This document shows, piece by piece, positions 33,307-42,736 of a stretch of 46,805 nucleotides of DNA. Under the pieces are notes generated by a model. That model searched no databases, was not told where the DNA came from, and saw only the letters and a list, made by a program, of their open reading frames with translations. The position numbers and the translations under genes are program-made. Every line of letters begins with the position of its first letter. The first letter of the stretch is position 1. Origin of the DNA: an uncultured Porphyromonadaceae bacterium (GTDB taxonomy: Bacteria; Bacteroidota; Bacteroidia; Bacteroidales; UBA12481); NCBI GenBank assembly GCA_964444375.1, contig CAYUGX010000001.1, positions 5,686 through 52,490 on the forward strand, in the 5' to 3' direction.

Positions 33307-35715
33307 ATGACAGCATCCGGCAAACTCTCCGTTATTATCAGCTTGAGCCTCCTTATTATTACGTTCAATTCGCAGGCTCAGGTTCCAAATCGATCCACTC
33401 TAGACATTCAAGAATTCATGGCTAGAGACTACATTGGCCAGGCACCCAGAATTACACAGTGGTCGTCTGATAGCAAGTATTTGTATTTCAACTGGAAGGA
33501 AGCTCATGCTGAAAGTGATTCATCTTTCCGAATCAGTACTAAAAATCTGAATCCTGAGCGGATAGATGCAAAAGATTTGCGAATTGATCGGCCCCGCCGT
33601 GGAAATTTCAACCGGGATAAAAGCATGGAGCTAATAAGCGATCAACAAGGTTTGGCGATTGTTTACCCCAAGAAAGGCGATACCATCTGGTTTTATACGG
33701 CCAATGACCAGGTTAGTGGTTTATCTTTTTCATTTGATGAATCAAGGGTTGTTTTCACTATCGACAGAGATTTATTCAGCTGGGATATCCAAAATGGGGG
33801 CTTTAGACAGTTGACCAATTTTCAGCAAGACAAGGAGAAAACGGATTCGAAACCGCCTGCAGCCAAAACCGAACGGAATGCGCAGGATGATTGGCTGTAT
33901 CAGGATCAAAAAAAGCTATTTCCTAAGCTCAAAGAACGAGGAAACCGGTCTGGTAGTCGATTTTACGGCTATCGAAATCAGCGCGGAGGAGGCCAATCAG
34001 CAGGTGGCCCGAGTCAGATTGATCTGAAAGGATTCAACATGTACGGAGCCAAGCTGTCTCCGGATAATCGCTTTGTGACCTACTCTCTCTATAAGCCTGC
34101 TCCACAAGTACAGGGAACTGAAATGCCTGATTATGTAACCATTTCGGGATACACACAGATGCGATCTACTCGCTCAAAAGTGGGTAGTCTTCCAAGTAAA
34201 TCAAAACTCGGAATCTTTGATATTGAAAGAGATACAGCCTATTACCTTGACTTGTCGAGCCTGCCAGGTATATTTGATGCCCCTGAGTATTATGCAGACT
34301 ATCCGGATCGCAAATTAACCTACGATAAACCCAAAGCGGTTAATATCAATGGTCCATTTTGGTCTGGAGATGGTCAATACGGAGTCATGGTTGCCCGTTC
34401 GTTTGATAATAAAGACCGATGGATATTTTTAGTTGATCTTGAATCGGGAACAGTTAAAAACCTGGACCATCAGCATGATCCGGCCTGGATTGGTGGCCCA
34501 GGTATTGGCTATGGAGGATCTGTAAACTGGTTGACAGATGATGAAACCCTCTATTTTCAATCTGAAGAAACAGGATACTCTCACCTGTACACCCTCAATG
34601 TTAAAACAGGAGAAAAAAAAGCGCTGACTTCCGGTGATTTTGAGGTGTCTCAGCCCTTTTTATCCAAGAATAAGAAACATTGGTATTTCCATTCAAACGA
34701 AGTTCACCCCGGAGAAAAGCATTTTTACAAAATGGCTCTTGAGGGTGGAGAAAGGATACAGTTGACCAGCCTATGTGGGAGCAACGCCGTCAGATTATCT
34801 CCAGATGAGAAGCACATGGCCATCACTTTCTCATTTGCCAATAAACCGCCTGAGATTTATTATCAGGCCTGCAAACCCGGTTCAGAACCTGTTCAACTAA
34901 CAGATTCAAGGTCAACCGCATTTAAAGAATACAATTGGCGAGTACCTGAGTTTATCACCTTCCCGGCCGAAGATGGCGCTTCGGTTCATGCCCGTTTGTA
35001 TCAACCTGATGATAGTAAAAAGAATCAGGCAGCGGTAATCTTTGTTCATGGTGCGGGTTATTTGCAAAATGCCCACAAGTGGTGGTCAACCTACTACCAT
35101 GAATACATGTTCCACAATCTTTTAGCAGATAATGGCTATACTGTTTTGGATATTGATTATCGGGGCAGTGCCGGATATGGCAGAGACTGGCGAACCGGTA
35201 TTTACCGCTGGATGGGTGGGAAAGACCTGTCAGACCAGGTTGATGGCGCAAAATTCCTGGTTAAAGAATGTAATATTGATTCTAATAAGGTTGGACTCTA
35301 TGGTGGATCATATGGTGGTTTCATAACCCTCATGGCCCTATTCAATGAGCCCGATGTTTTTGCTGCAGGAGCTGCCTTGCGATCGGTAACCGATTGGGCA
35401 CACTATAATCATGGGTATACTGCCAACATTCTAAACACACCGGTGCTGGATAGCCTGGCATATGCAAAAAGTTCACCCATTTATTTTGCTGAAGGCTTGC
35501 AGGGGCATTTGCTTATGTGTCATGGAATGCTTGACTCAAATGTGCACTTCCAGGATATTGTTAGGCTTAGTCAACGCCTGATTGACCTGGGCAAAGAAAA
35601 CTGGGAATTAGCTGTGTACCCTTTCGAAGCACACTCTTTTAGTGATCCAGATGCCTGGACAGATGAATACAGGCGAATATTTAAGTTGTTTCAAAGCACC
35701 ATTGGCAAGCAATAG
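33307..35715 (+). CDS. S9-family serine peptidase (prolyl oligopeptidase/dipeptidyl aminopeptidase type, beta-propeller plus alpha/beta hydrolase)
   Basis: It has a signal peptide (MTASGKLSVIISLSLLIITFNSQAQ) and the nucleophile elbow GGSYGGF. Downstream Asp and His contexts are MCHGMLDSNV and FEAHSF. The start at 33307 gives the signal peptide. The track start at 33217 is rejected. Confidence 0.85.
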   Translation: MTASGKLSVIISLSLLIITFNSQAQVPNRSTLDIQEFMARDYIGQAPRITQWSSDSKYLYFNWKEAHAESDSSFRISTKNLNPERIDAKDLRIDRPRRGNFNRDKSMELISDQQGLAIVYPKKGDTIWFYTANDQVSGLSFSFDESRVVFTIDRDLFSWDIQNGGFRQLTNFQQDKEKTDSKPPAAKTERNAQDDWLYQDQKKLFPKLKERGNRSGSRFYGYRNQRGGGQSAGGPSQIDLKGFNMYGAKLSPDNRFVTYSLYKPAPQVQGTEMPDYVTISGYTQMRSTRSKVGSLPSKSKLGIFDIERDTAYYLDLSSLPGIFDAPEYYADYPDRKLTYDKPKAVNINGPFWSGDGQYGVMVARSFDNKDRWIFLVDLESGTVKNLDHQHDPAWIGGPGIGYGGSVNWLTDDETLYFQSEETGYSHLYTLNVKTGEKKALTSGDFEVSQPFLSKNKKHWYFHSNEVHPGEKHFYKMALEGGERIQLTSLCGSNAVRLSPDEKHMAITFSFANKPPEIYYQACKPGSEPVQLTDSRSTAFKEYNWRVPEFITFPAEDGASVHARLYQPDDSKKNQAAVIFVHGAGYLQNAHKWWSTYYHEYMFHNLLADNGYTVLDIDYRGSAGYGRDWRTGIYRWMGGKDLSDQVDGAKFLVKECNIDSNKVGLYGGSYGGFITLMALFNEPDVFAAGAALRSVTDWAHYNHGYTANILNTPVLDSLAYAKSSPIYFAEGLQGHLLMCHGMLDSNVHFQDIVRLSQRLIDLGKENWELAVYPFEAHSFSDPDAWTDEYRRIFKLFQSTIGKQ

Positions 35716-35718
35716 CCC

Positions 35719-37059
35719 ATGCATATCAAGCCTATTCTTCTGTATATTTTTATCGCAGCGACCACGATGCTCCATGGTCAGGAACAATGGACACTTGATC
35801 GTTGCATTAATCATGCCATGGCTAATAATATTCAGCTGAAGCAACAGGAGTTGCGTATTCAGGTATCGCAAAACCGATTTGCTGCATCACAATGGTCTCT
35901 ACTTCCAACGATTAGAGGACTGGCCGGACAAACATTTCGCTTTGGTCGATCAGTTGATCCACTGACCTATGAGTTCAGTACAGAGAATACACTGGGCAGC
36001 TCATTCACCCTATCTTCTGATCTTGACGTGTTCAAGGGCTGGCAAAAGCAGAACCTCGTTAAAAAGCACAAGCTTGAACTTAATCAAAGTATGAGTGATC
36101 TTGAGTGGGCTAAAAATGATCTTTCTTTATCCATTACTCGCTATTTTCTGGTGGTTATGTTCAACCGGGAGCTGGTGACCATGGCCCAAAATCGTTTAGA
36201 GATAACAGCACAACAAGTGGCCCAAACAAAAACTCTGGTAGACGCCGGATCACTACCCAGGGGTGATTACCTGGAAATTCAGGCTCAACTGGCCAGTGAT
36301 GAACTAAGCCTGGTAACTGCAGAAAATGAACATCAATTATCCCTTCTCGATCTGGCACAATTGCTTGATCTCGAAGACCCTGATGATTTTATTATAAAAC
36401 CACCGAGTTTAACCCACTTTGATGGCTTTGTGACCGATGACAACCATATAAGCATTTACAACACAGCTCTAGCTTTGTTGCCCAGGATTCAAAGTGCTGA
36501 GATCGCTCTCCAACTTGCCCAAAAAGACCTGGCCATCAGCAAGGGCAAACTCTTGCCCAGTCTGGGCATGCATTCATACCTAGGGACCGGATATTCTGAT
36601 CAAATTCACGACCTTCAAACAGGTAATATCATGCCTTTCACCAATCAGCTATCCTATGCAGGTACAAGCAGCCTCCAGTTTATCCTTCGTATTCCAGTTT
36701 TTGATGGATTGGCCAGTCAGACCGAAATAAAAAATGCCGAACTAGGGGTACTGCATGCCAACTATGAATTAGAGCGGATAAAAAGCACTTTGCGAAAAGA
36801 GATTCATCAAGCTCATGCTGATGCACGAGCCGCGTGGAAAAAATATCAAGCTACCTTGAAAACAGTTAACGCTCTTCAAGAGGCCTTTCGCAACACAACT
36901 GAAAAGTTTAATCTGGGTATACTCACTTCATTAGACTACAACCTGGCTAAAAACAACCTCGATCAGGCACAGTCAGACTTGCTCCAGGCCAAATATCAGT
37001 ACCTGTTTAATCAAAAAATTTTAGATTTTTACCGTGGATTACCGCTCAAAATGAGATGA
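35719..37059 (+). CDS. TolC-family outer membrane efflux protein
   Basis: It has a signal peptide and two repeated halves with long coiled-coil-prone helices. WTLDRCINHAMANNIQLKQ is a typical OEP N-terminus. It starts 3 nt after the S9 peptidase stop. Confidence 0.85.
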   Translation: MHIKPILLYIFIAATTMLHGQEQWTLDRCINHAMANNIQLKQQELRIQVSQNRFAASQWSLLPTIRGLAGQTFRFGRSVDPLTYEFSTENTLGSSFTLSSDLDVFKGWQKQNLVKKHKLELNQSMSDLEWAKNDLSLSITRYFLVVMFNRELVTMAQNRLEITAQQVAQTKTLVDAGSLPRGDYLEIQAQLASDELSLVTAENEHQLSLLDLAQLLDLEDPDDFIIKPPSLTHFDGFVTDDNHISIYNTALALLPRIQSAEIALQLAQKDLAISKGKLLPSLGMHSYLGTGYSDQIHDLQTGNIMPFTNQLSYAGTSSLQFILRIPVFDGLASQTEIKNAELGVLHANYELERIKSTLRKEIHQAHADARAAWKKYQATLKTVNALQEAFRNTTEKFNLGILTSLDYNLAKNNLDQAQSDLLQAKYQYLFNQKILDFYRGLPLKMR

Positions 37060-37060
37060 T

Positions 37061-37771
37061 ATGAAAATACTACATATTGAAACAGCCACCCACGTATGCT
37101 CGGTATGTATTAGTGATGATGAACAGGTACTTGGACTGAAAGAAAGTTTTGAGCCCAACATGCATTCTACTCAGCTCGGGGTATTCATCGATACACTTCT
37201 ATCAGACACACAGCTTCAGGTAGCTGAATTGGATGCCATTGCGGTGAGTTTGGGGCCAGGTTCGTATACCGGACTCAGAATCGGTGTATCAACTGCCAAA
37301 GGCTTGGCCTATGGGGCAAATATTCCCATAATAGGTATCGACACCCTACAAATCATCGCCAATGCTTACCTGAACAATCCAGGCCTTCAGGCTCATCACC
37401 TACCGGATGAAAACATCGTCTTGTGTCCGATGATCGATGCCCGCCGAATGGAAGTATATACGGCCCAATATGATCTGTCACTCAAACCCCTGACCCAGGT
37501 TGAAGCAGTCATAGTCAATCACGAATCATTCCAGACCGAGCTGGGCCGGAATACCCTGTTATTCTTTGGAAATGGCAGTTCAAAATGCCGCACCGTTATT
37601 GATCATCCTCAGGCCCATATTATTGAGGGTGTTCATCCCTCATCTAAGTATATGGTTTCCATCGCTATGGCCCACTATCGTGCCTCAGAATTTGTCGATA
37701 CCGCCTATTTCGAACCCTTCTACCTGAAAGATTTTATTGCGACGATCCCCAAGAAAAAGGTCATCCCGTAG
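37061..37771 (+). CDS. tsaB: tRNA N6-threonylcarbamoyladenosine biosynthesis protein TsaB
   Basis: MKILHIETATHVCSVCI...LDAIAVSLGPGSYTGLRIGVSTAKGLAYG is the YeaZ/TsaB signature. Confidence 0.9.
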   Translation: MKILHIETATHVCSVCISDDEQVLGLKESFEPNMHSTQLGVFIDTLLSDTQLQVAELDAIAVSLGPGSYTGLRIGVSTAKGLAYGANIPIIGIDTLQIIANAYLNNPGLQAHHLPDENIVLCPMIDARRMEVYTAQYDLSLKPLTQVEAVIVNHESFQTELGRNTLLFFGNGSSKCRTVIDHPQAHIIEGVHPSSKYMVSIAMAHYRASEFVDTAYFEPFYLKDFIATIPKKKVIP

Positions 37772-37801
37772 ATGAGTAAAGGCCCAGGGAGGTGATAATC
37801 G

Positions 37802-37831
37802 TTGCATATTGCGGCTTTTCAACTATTTTTG
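37802..37831 (+). promoter_or_regulatory. Bacteroidota-type promoter for efp (-33 TTG, -7 TATTTTTG)
   Basis: TATTTTTG is at 37824-37831. TTG at 37802-37804 leaves a 19-nt spacer. The ATG at 37852 is 20 nt downstream. Confidence 0.55.
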
Positions 37832-37851
37832 TGGCAAAACTAGAAAACAGT

Positions 37852-38418
37852 ATGGCAACAACATCAGATATCAGGAACGGGATGTGCATTGAGCACAACG
37901 GGCAGCTTTTTACCATTGTTTCTTTCCAACATGTTAAGCCCGGTAAGGGTCCGGCATTTGTGCGCACAAAATTGAAAAACATAACAACCGGAAGGGTTAT
38001 TGAAAACACATTCTCTGCTGGTCATAAAATCAATGAAACCCGCGTTGAACGTCGGCCATACCAATTTTTATATAAGGATGATATGGGCTATAACCTGATG
38101 CACTTGGAGACCTATGAGCAAATCATTCTTCAAGGGGAATTAATTAATAATATTGATTTGTTGAAAGATGGAGAGCAGGTAGAGGTAGTTGTACACGCCG
38201 ATACAGAAACAGCTTTGTATGCTGAACTCCCTGTCAATGTTGTTATGGAAGTCACTTACACTGAGCCTGGTGTACGCGGAGACACCTCCTCATCAAGTTC
38301 GCTTAAACAGGCTACCATTGAAACCGGTAACACGATCATGGTTCCCTTATTTGTAAATACCGGTGATAAAATCCGGATTGACACCCGCGACAATAGCTAT
38401 ATGGAAAGAGTCAAGTAG
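37852..38418 (+). CDS. efp: elongation factor P
   Basis: [47 protein letters not shown] is the canonical EF-P N-terminus, and the protein is 188 aa. The track start at 37792 precedes the promoter and is rejected. Confidence 0.95.
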   Translation: MATTSDIRNGMCIEHNGQLFTIVSFQHVKPGKGPAFVRTKLKNITTGRVIENTFSAGHKINETRVERRPYQFLYKDDMGYNLMHLETYEQIILQGELINNIDLLKDGEQVEVVVHADTETALYAELPVNVVMEVTYTEPGVRGDTSSSSSLKQATIETGNTIMVPLFVNTGDKIRIDTRDNSYMERVK

Positions 38419-38423
38419 AGGTG

Positions 38424-39905
38424 CTACTCTGCTTTTGATTGCCTGGTCTGGGCAACATCCAGTGCAACCAGGACACCCAGGGAACCCCAAACTAGCGCTG
38501 AAGCTTTATCGGTATCCAGGAAGTTGTTCATTATACCGTGAAGAAAGTAGGTAACCAAACCAATGGTTAGGGCAATCGCCACCATTTTGTATTCAGGCTG
38601 TTTTTCGGTTTTATACACTTTAATGCCTGTCTTCAGGGCATAAAACACGAGAATGAGCATGAATAAGGCCCCCAAAATACCCGATTCACTGAGCGGACCC
38701 AGAAACTCAGAATGGGCGTTACCTCCATCAGCTGCATTTGTACTGATAATGGTTTTCTGAGATTCTTTTTGATAGGGCGCATACTGGAACATGTAGGTTC
38801 CAGGACCGAACCCAAAAACCGGTTTGTCCACCCACATACGCAATGCACATGACCATCGGTTTAATCGTTCAAGGTTCGATGCATCGGTTGTGATATTAGA
38901 TATGGATTGAACGTGTTCGGTGAGGTTGTCAGAAGAATCCTGGTCATTCCGCTCCATTTGCATCAACAGTGTCTTCCCAAATAGTAGAAACAACACGACT
39001 AAGGCTCCAGTAGCCAGCAAAACTGTCCTTCCTTTAATCTTGAAAAGAAGAATAAGATAAATCCCAATACCTCCCAGTAAACTCACCCAGGCCGCCCTAC
39101 TGTAAGAAAACAATAAGCCAGTGAACAACAAGGCTAGCACCAGTAATGCGACTATCCTTTGCCACCAGTTGAAATTTGACCTGACCAAATAGCCAAAGGC
39201 TACTGGAATCATCATTGCCATAATAGCCCCATACAATGTGTGATCGTTAAAAAATGGATCAACGGCTGGGTTAGACGCTTTCTGATCAAATAATCCTAAA
39301 CCAGCATGCTTTAAAGTTATTTTGATGATCATCAATCCCAAAGGAAACAGATACACCCACAAGTACTTGCGTATATTTTGAGGATTTTTAAATAGTTGGG
39401 TCGCTATAAAATAAAAAATTGTAACGAACCACAGCCTCGATAAGAAAAACTTAAACGATACCGCAACCATTGTACTGGTTAGTGCTGTAATGAATAACCA
39501 AAGAAGTTGCAACAGGATGATCTGCGTAATGGGATGACTCAATATCGCCCGGTCGAACCCTTTATCTACAACAAGTTTCAAAATGAAAACCACCAGCAAT
39601 CCAGCCAGCAGCGGCTCGGTTGGCAGAAACATATTAAACCCAAGTGAAGGGGCCAATTCCTTCAGTGGGAAAGAAAGTGGAACAGAAAACAATACGAGCC
39701 AATACAACCATTGCATCCGATAAATGGCCAGGGCAAGTATCAATAATCCGATAGGGATGGCCACTAAATGATACTTATCCTTTATCAGAAAATAGGCCAA
39801 TCCAGCCACGTACAAAACCGCGACCAGATAAACCAGTGCTATTCTAACTGCTTTATTTTCCAGGTACTTACCTGGATTGAGAATATTTTCTATTTTCGAT
39901 AACAC
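38424..39905 (-). CDS. O-antigen ligase/polymerase family (Wzy_C-type) membrane protein
   Basis: It is polytopic with about 11 TM segments and has YSRAAWVSLLGG in the large-loop region typical of the O-antigen ligase family. Confidence 0.8.
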   Translation of the reverse strand: MLSKIENILNPGKYLENKAVRIALVYLVAVLYVAGLAYFLIKDKYHLVAIPIGLLILALAIYRMQWLYWLVLFSVPLSFPLKELAPSLGFNMFLPTEPLLAGLLVVFILKLVVDKGFDRAILSHPITQIILLQLLWLFITALTSTMVAVSFKFFLSRLWFVTIFYFIATQLFKNPQNIRKYLWVYLFPLGLMIIKITLKHAGLGLFDQKASNPAVDPFFNDHTLYGAIMAMMIPVAFGYLVRSNFNWWQRIVALLVLALLFTGLLFSYSRAAWVSLLGGIGIYLILLFKIKGRTVLLATGALVVLFLLFGKTLLMQMERNDQDSSDNLTEHVQSISNITTDASNLERLNRWSCALRMWVDKPVFGFGPGTYMFQYAPYQKESQKTIISTNAADGGNAHSEFLGPLSESGILGALFMLILVFYALKTGIKVYKTEKQPEYKMVAIALTIGLVTYFLHGIMNNFLDTDKASALVWGSLGVLVALDVAQTRQSKAE

Positions 39906-40809
39906 CGATAACGATTAGGGCCAGGAGAAGTGTTAATACAACCGACATGAGCACAATGACTGACCGTTTGGGCCAGAATTTCTTGTCTGCCACAAATGGT
40001 GGAGTGACGATAGAGGAGTATGAGATTTCTTTGTTGAGCTCACGGTATGCGTCATTGTATTTCAGATAAGTTGCATTGTATGACTCTAAGAAAGGCTCCA
40101 GCATTGAACCGAGCTTTAGAAACTCCGGACCGTATTTCCCGATGTTCTTCATGAAAGCTTTCATATTTTGTCCATTGGGGGCATAACTACCGCCGCTAAA
40201 CATTCCTTCAGCCTGTGCCACCACATCAATGATCCCAAATTCCTCTCCAAGTTCGCTCATGCGATTGACCAGACTATCGATGAAGACTTTCTGGCGTTTC
40301 ATTTCTTTAACCCGAACCTCCAGCTCCTCCTGATACTTTTCGTTGTGCATCAGGCGTACCTTGCTGTGATAAGCCTCAATAATTCCACCCACCATCTCAG
40401 CAGCAATCACCGGATCAGTATCCAGGACCTCAATTCTAACTGCCTCATTTTCTGTCTTCCTGAAGCTTACATTGTCTGCGTATTTTCCATGTATGGCTGT
40501 GAGGTAGTACTTATATTCCTTATCTATTTTGTAATGAACATCCAAGGTAAACTGATCAATTATGGCGTCACGAATATCACCTGAATTTAGTAACTCAAGC
40601 ATTTGCTCTGTTTCACTTTCTTCAGAATATTCACCCAGATTTACCGGATAAACAATGGCAGATGATTTAAATTTCGGCTTGATGAAAGTAGATGAGGAGA
40701 ACACCACCGAGGCTATACCTGCAATCAGGGCGATGATAAACAAATGAACCTTCCATTTCAGGACCAGGTCGAGCAGGTTTTTGTTGTTAAAATAGTTTTC
40801 CATGGTCAA
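39868..40809 (-). CDS. Wzz-like polysaccharide chain-length determinant protein
   Basis: It has an N-terminal TM (VHLFIIALIAGIASVVF), a long coiled periplasmic region, and a C-terminal TM (VIVLMSVVLTLLLALIVIGVI). It overlaps the downstream ligase gene by 38 nt. Confidence 0.7.
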   Translation of the reverse strand: MTMENYFNNKNLLDLVLKWKVHLFIIALIAGIASVVFSSSTFIKPKFKSSAIVYPVNLGEYSEESETEQMLELLNSGDIRDAIIDQFTLDVHYKIDKEYKYYLTAIHGKYADNVSFRKTENEAVRIEVLDTDPVIAAEMVGGIIEAYHSKVRLMHNEKYQEELEVRVKEMKRQKVFIDSLVNRMSELGEEFGIIDVVAQAEGMFSGGSYAPNGQNMKAFMKNIGKYGPEFLKLGSMLEPFLESYNATYLKYNDAYRELNKEISYSSIVTPPFVADKKFWPKRSVIVLMSVVLTLLLALIVIGVIENRKYSQSR

Positions 40810-40814
40810 GAGGC

Positions 40815-42095
40815 TTATTTAACTGTAATAAGGTAATAATTCTTTTTGCCCTTCTGGGCCAGAAGGTATTTATTATTGATGAGTATGTCTGTATGAATTA
40901 CCATTTCAGCATCGCTTACTTTCTCTTTATTGATGCTCACACCTCCCCCTTTGATCAAACGTCTTAATTCTCCTTTGGAGGGGAAAATCGAAGTGACTTC
41001 TGCCAACAAATCCAAAACGGGTATTCCATTGCTGATCATAGCATGGGCTAGTTCAAATTGCGGGACACCTTCAAAAACAGACAAGAAAGTCTCTTCATCC
41101 ATTTTGATCAATGAATCGCGGGTTCCCTTTCCAAATAAGATTCCGGATGCTTCAACAGCCGCTTCATAATCAGTTTTCGAGTGCACCAGGGTAGTGACCT
41201 CCTGGGCCAGTCTCTTCTGAAGAAGACGCAAATGGGGAGCAGTAAGGTGTTCAGCGATCAATGCATCGATTTCATCCTTCTCAAGCAAGGTAAAGATTTT
41301 TATGTAGCTCTCAGCATCTGCATCAGCCACATTCAACCAGAATTGATAGAACTTATAGGGAGAGGTTTTTTTTGAATCTAACCATACGGTTCCTGATTCA
41401 GTTTTTCCGAATTTACCCCCATCGGCCTTTTTAATTAGCGGACAAGTCAGGGCAAACGCTTCACCTCCGGCCTTGCGCCTGATCAGCTCAGATCCCGTGG
41501 TGATATTCCCCCATTGATCTGACCCACCCATCTGCAATTTCACACCAGCTTCCTGATACAGATGGTAGAAGTCGTAGCCTTGCACCAATTGATAACTGAA
41601 TTCAGTGAATGACATGCCGGTATCCAGTCGGTTTTTTACTGAATCTTTAGCCAGCATGTAATTAATGGTTATGTGTTTACCAATATCGCGGATGAACTCA
41701 AGAAATGAGAAATCTTTCATCCAATCGTAGTTATTTACCATTACCGCCACATTTTCTTCTACGGTATTGAAATCCAGAAATTTGGCCAGTTGCTGCTTGA
41801 TGCATTCCTGATTATGCCGGAGTGTGTTTTCATCGAGCAGGTTTCTCTCCTGCGACTTTCCAGATGGGTCTCCAATCATACCGGTGGCACCTCCCACCAA
41901 GGCATAGGGCTTATGGCCGGCTAGCTGCAATTGTTTTAATATCATAATACTCACCAGATTACCAATATGAAGGGAATCTGATGAAGGATCAAAACCCACG
42001 TAGGCCGAAACCATTTCACTCTGCAATAATTCATCGGTTCCGGGCATCATGTCGTGGATCATGCCACGCCACTTTAACTCCTCAGCAAAACTCAT
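40815..42095 (-). CDS. tyrS: tyrosine--tRNA ligase
   Basis: It has the class I motifs HIGNL (HIGH) and KFGKT (KMSKS), plus a C-terminal S4-like domain. Confidence 0.95.
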   Translation of the reverse strand: MSFAEELKWRGMIHDMMPGTDELLQSEMVSAYVGFDPSSDSLHIGNLVSIMILKQLQLAGHKPYALVGGATGMIGDPSGKSQERNLLDENTLRHNQECIKQQLAKFLDFNTVEENVAVMVNNYDWMKDFSFLEFIRDIGKHITINYMLAKDSVKNRLDTGMSFTEFSYQLVQGYDFYHLYQEAGVKLQMGGSDQWGNITTGSELIRRKAGGEAFALTCPLIKKADGGKFGKTESGTVWLDSKKTSPYKFYQFWLNVADADAESYIKIFTLLEKDEIDALIAEHLTAPHLRLLQKRLAQEVTTLVHSKTDYEAAVEASGILFGKGTRDSLIKMDEETFLSVFEGVPQFELAHAMISNGIPVLDLLAEVTSIFPSKGELRRLIKGGGVSINKEKVSDAEMVIHTDILINNKYLLAQKGKKNYYLITVK

Positions 42096-42111
42096 TTCAG
42101 AAAATTTTGTG

Positions 42112-42119
42112 CAAAGATA
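42112..42119 (-). promoter_or_regulatory. candidate -7 box (TATCTTTG on the minus strand) for tyrS
   Basis: Plus-strand CAAAGATA is a perfect TAnnTTTG on the minus strand, 16 nt upstream of the ATG at 42095. Confidence 0.45.
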
Positions 42120-42134
42120 ACGATAACAATAGAA

Positions 42135-42668
42135 TCAGGGTAATAAACTGAATTCATCTCCCGTATTCGACCGCGAAATACCCTCAAGTTCTTCAAGAGG
42201 CAGGAAAGGCAACAATGAAGGTACCAAATTAACCATGGGTTCATAAAGCAGGGAATTCTCCTTGATCTCTTCATTCATGAGTTTGTTTTGATCATCGACA
42301 CTGTCGAGTACCAATAACAAAACACTCAAAATCAATACTGATTTCAATATACCCACAACAATACCGGCCAGTCGGTTCACAAAGCCCAGAGCCAAACTTT
42401 CAAGTGTTTTATTTAAAAACTTGGCCAAGACCTGAATCAGTATAACAATGACTATAAATGTAACGACAAAGGCTATGATGTGCATGTATTGACTTTGAAT
42501 ACCCAGATCGGTCAACTGCTGACCGGTCCAGCCTGAGAATTTTACCGCACCCCAAATCCCAAACACCAGTGCCGCCAAAGAAGCAATCTCACCAATCAAT
42601 CCGTTCTTAAAACCAGAGACCACACCTCCGGCCATCAGTAATAGTAAAATGATATCCAACCAGTTCAT
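42135..42668 (-). CDS. cvpA: CvpA-family membrane protein
   Basis: MNWLDIILLLLMAGGVVSGFKNGLI is the typical CvpA N-terminus. The protein has four TM segments. The track start at 42689 is a TTG that overlaps the -7 box, so I use the ATG at 42668. Confidence 0.85.
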   Translation of the reverse strand: MNWLDIILLLLMAGGVVSGFKNGLIGEIASLAALVFGIWGAVKFSGWTGQQLTDLGIQSQYMHIIAFVVTFIVIVILIQVLAKFLNKTLESLALGFVNRLAGIVVGILKSVLILSVLLLVLDSVDDQNKLMNEEIKENSLLYEPMVNLVPSLLPFLPLEELEGISRSNTGDEFSLLP

Positions 42669-42686
42669 ACGGTCTAGAATTTGATC

Positions 42687-42694
42687 CAAAAGTA
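42687..42694 (-). promoter_or_regulatory. candidate -7 box (TACTTTTG on the minus strand) for cvpA
   Basis: Plus-strand CAAAAGTA is a perfect match on the minus strand, 18 nt upstream of the ATG at 42668. Confidence 0.45.
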
Positions 42695-42709
42695 GGTATA
42701 TTTTTTTTG

Positions 42710-42717
42710 TAATTTTG
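42710..42717 (+). promoter_or_regulatory. candidate -7 box TAATTTTG for the GH3-family gene
   Basis: It is a perfect TAnnTTTG, 19 nt upstream of the ATG at 42737, and is divergent from the cvpA promoter. Confidence 0.45.
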
Positions 42718-42736
42718 ACTTCTCTAACAGACAGCT

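Noticed and set aside
42096-42134. A possible T-box or other leader upstream of tyrS. Also the tight same-strand packing of cvpA, tyrS, wzz and the ligase gene.
   Set aside because: The gap is only 39 nt and holds just a -7 box, which is far too short for a riboswitch or T-box. The packing is compatible with ordinary operon compaction and gives no evidence of a functional link.
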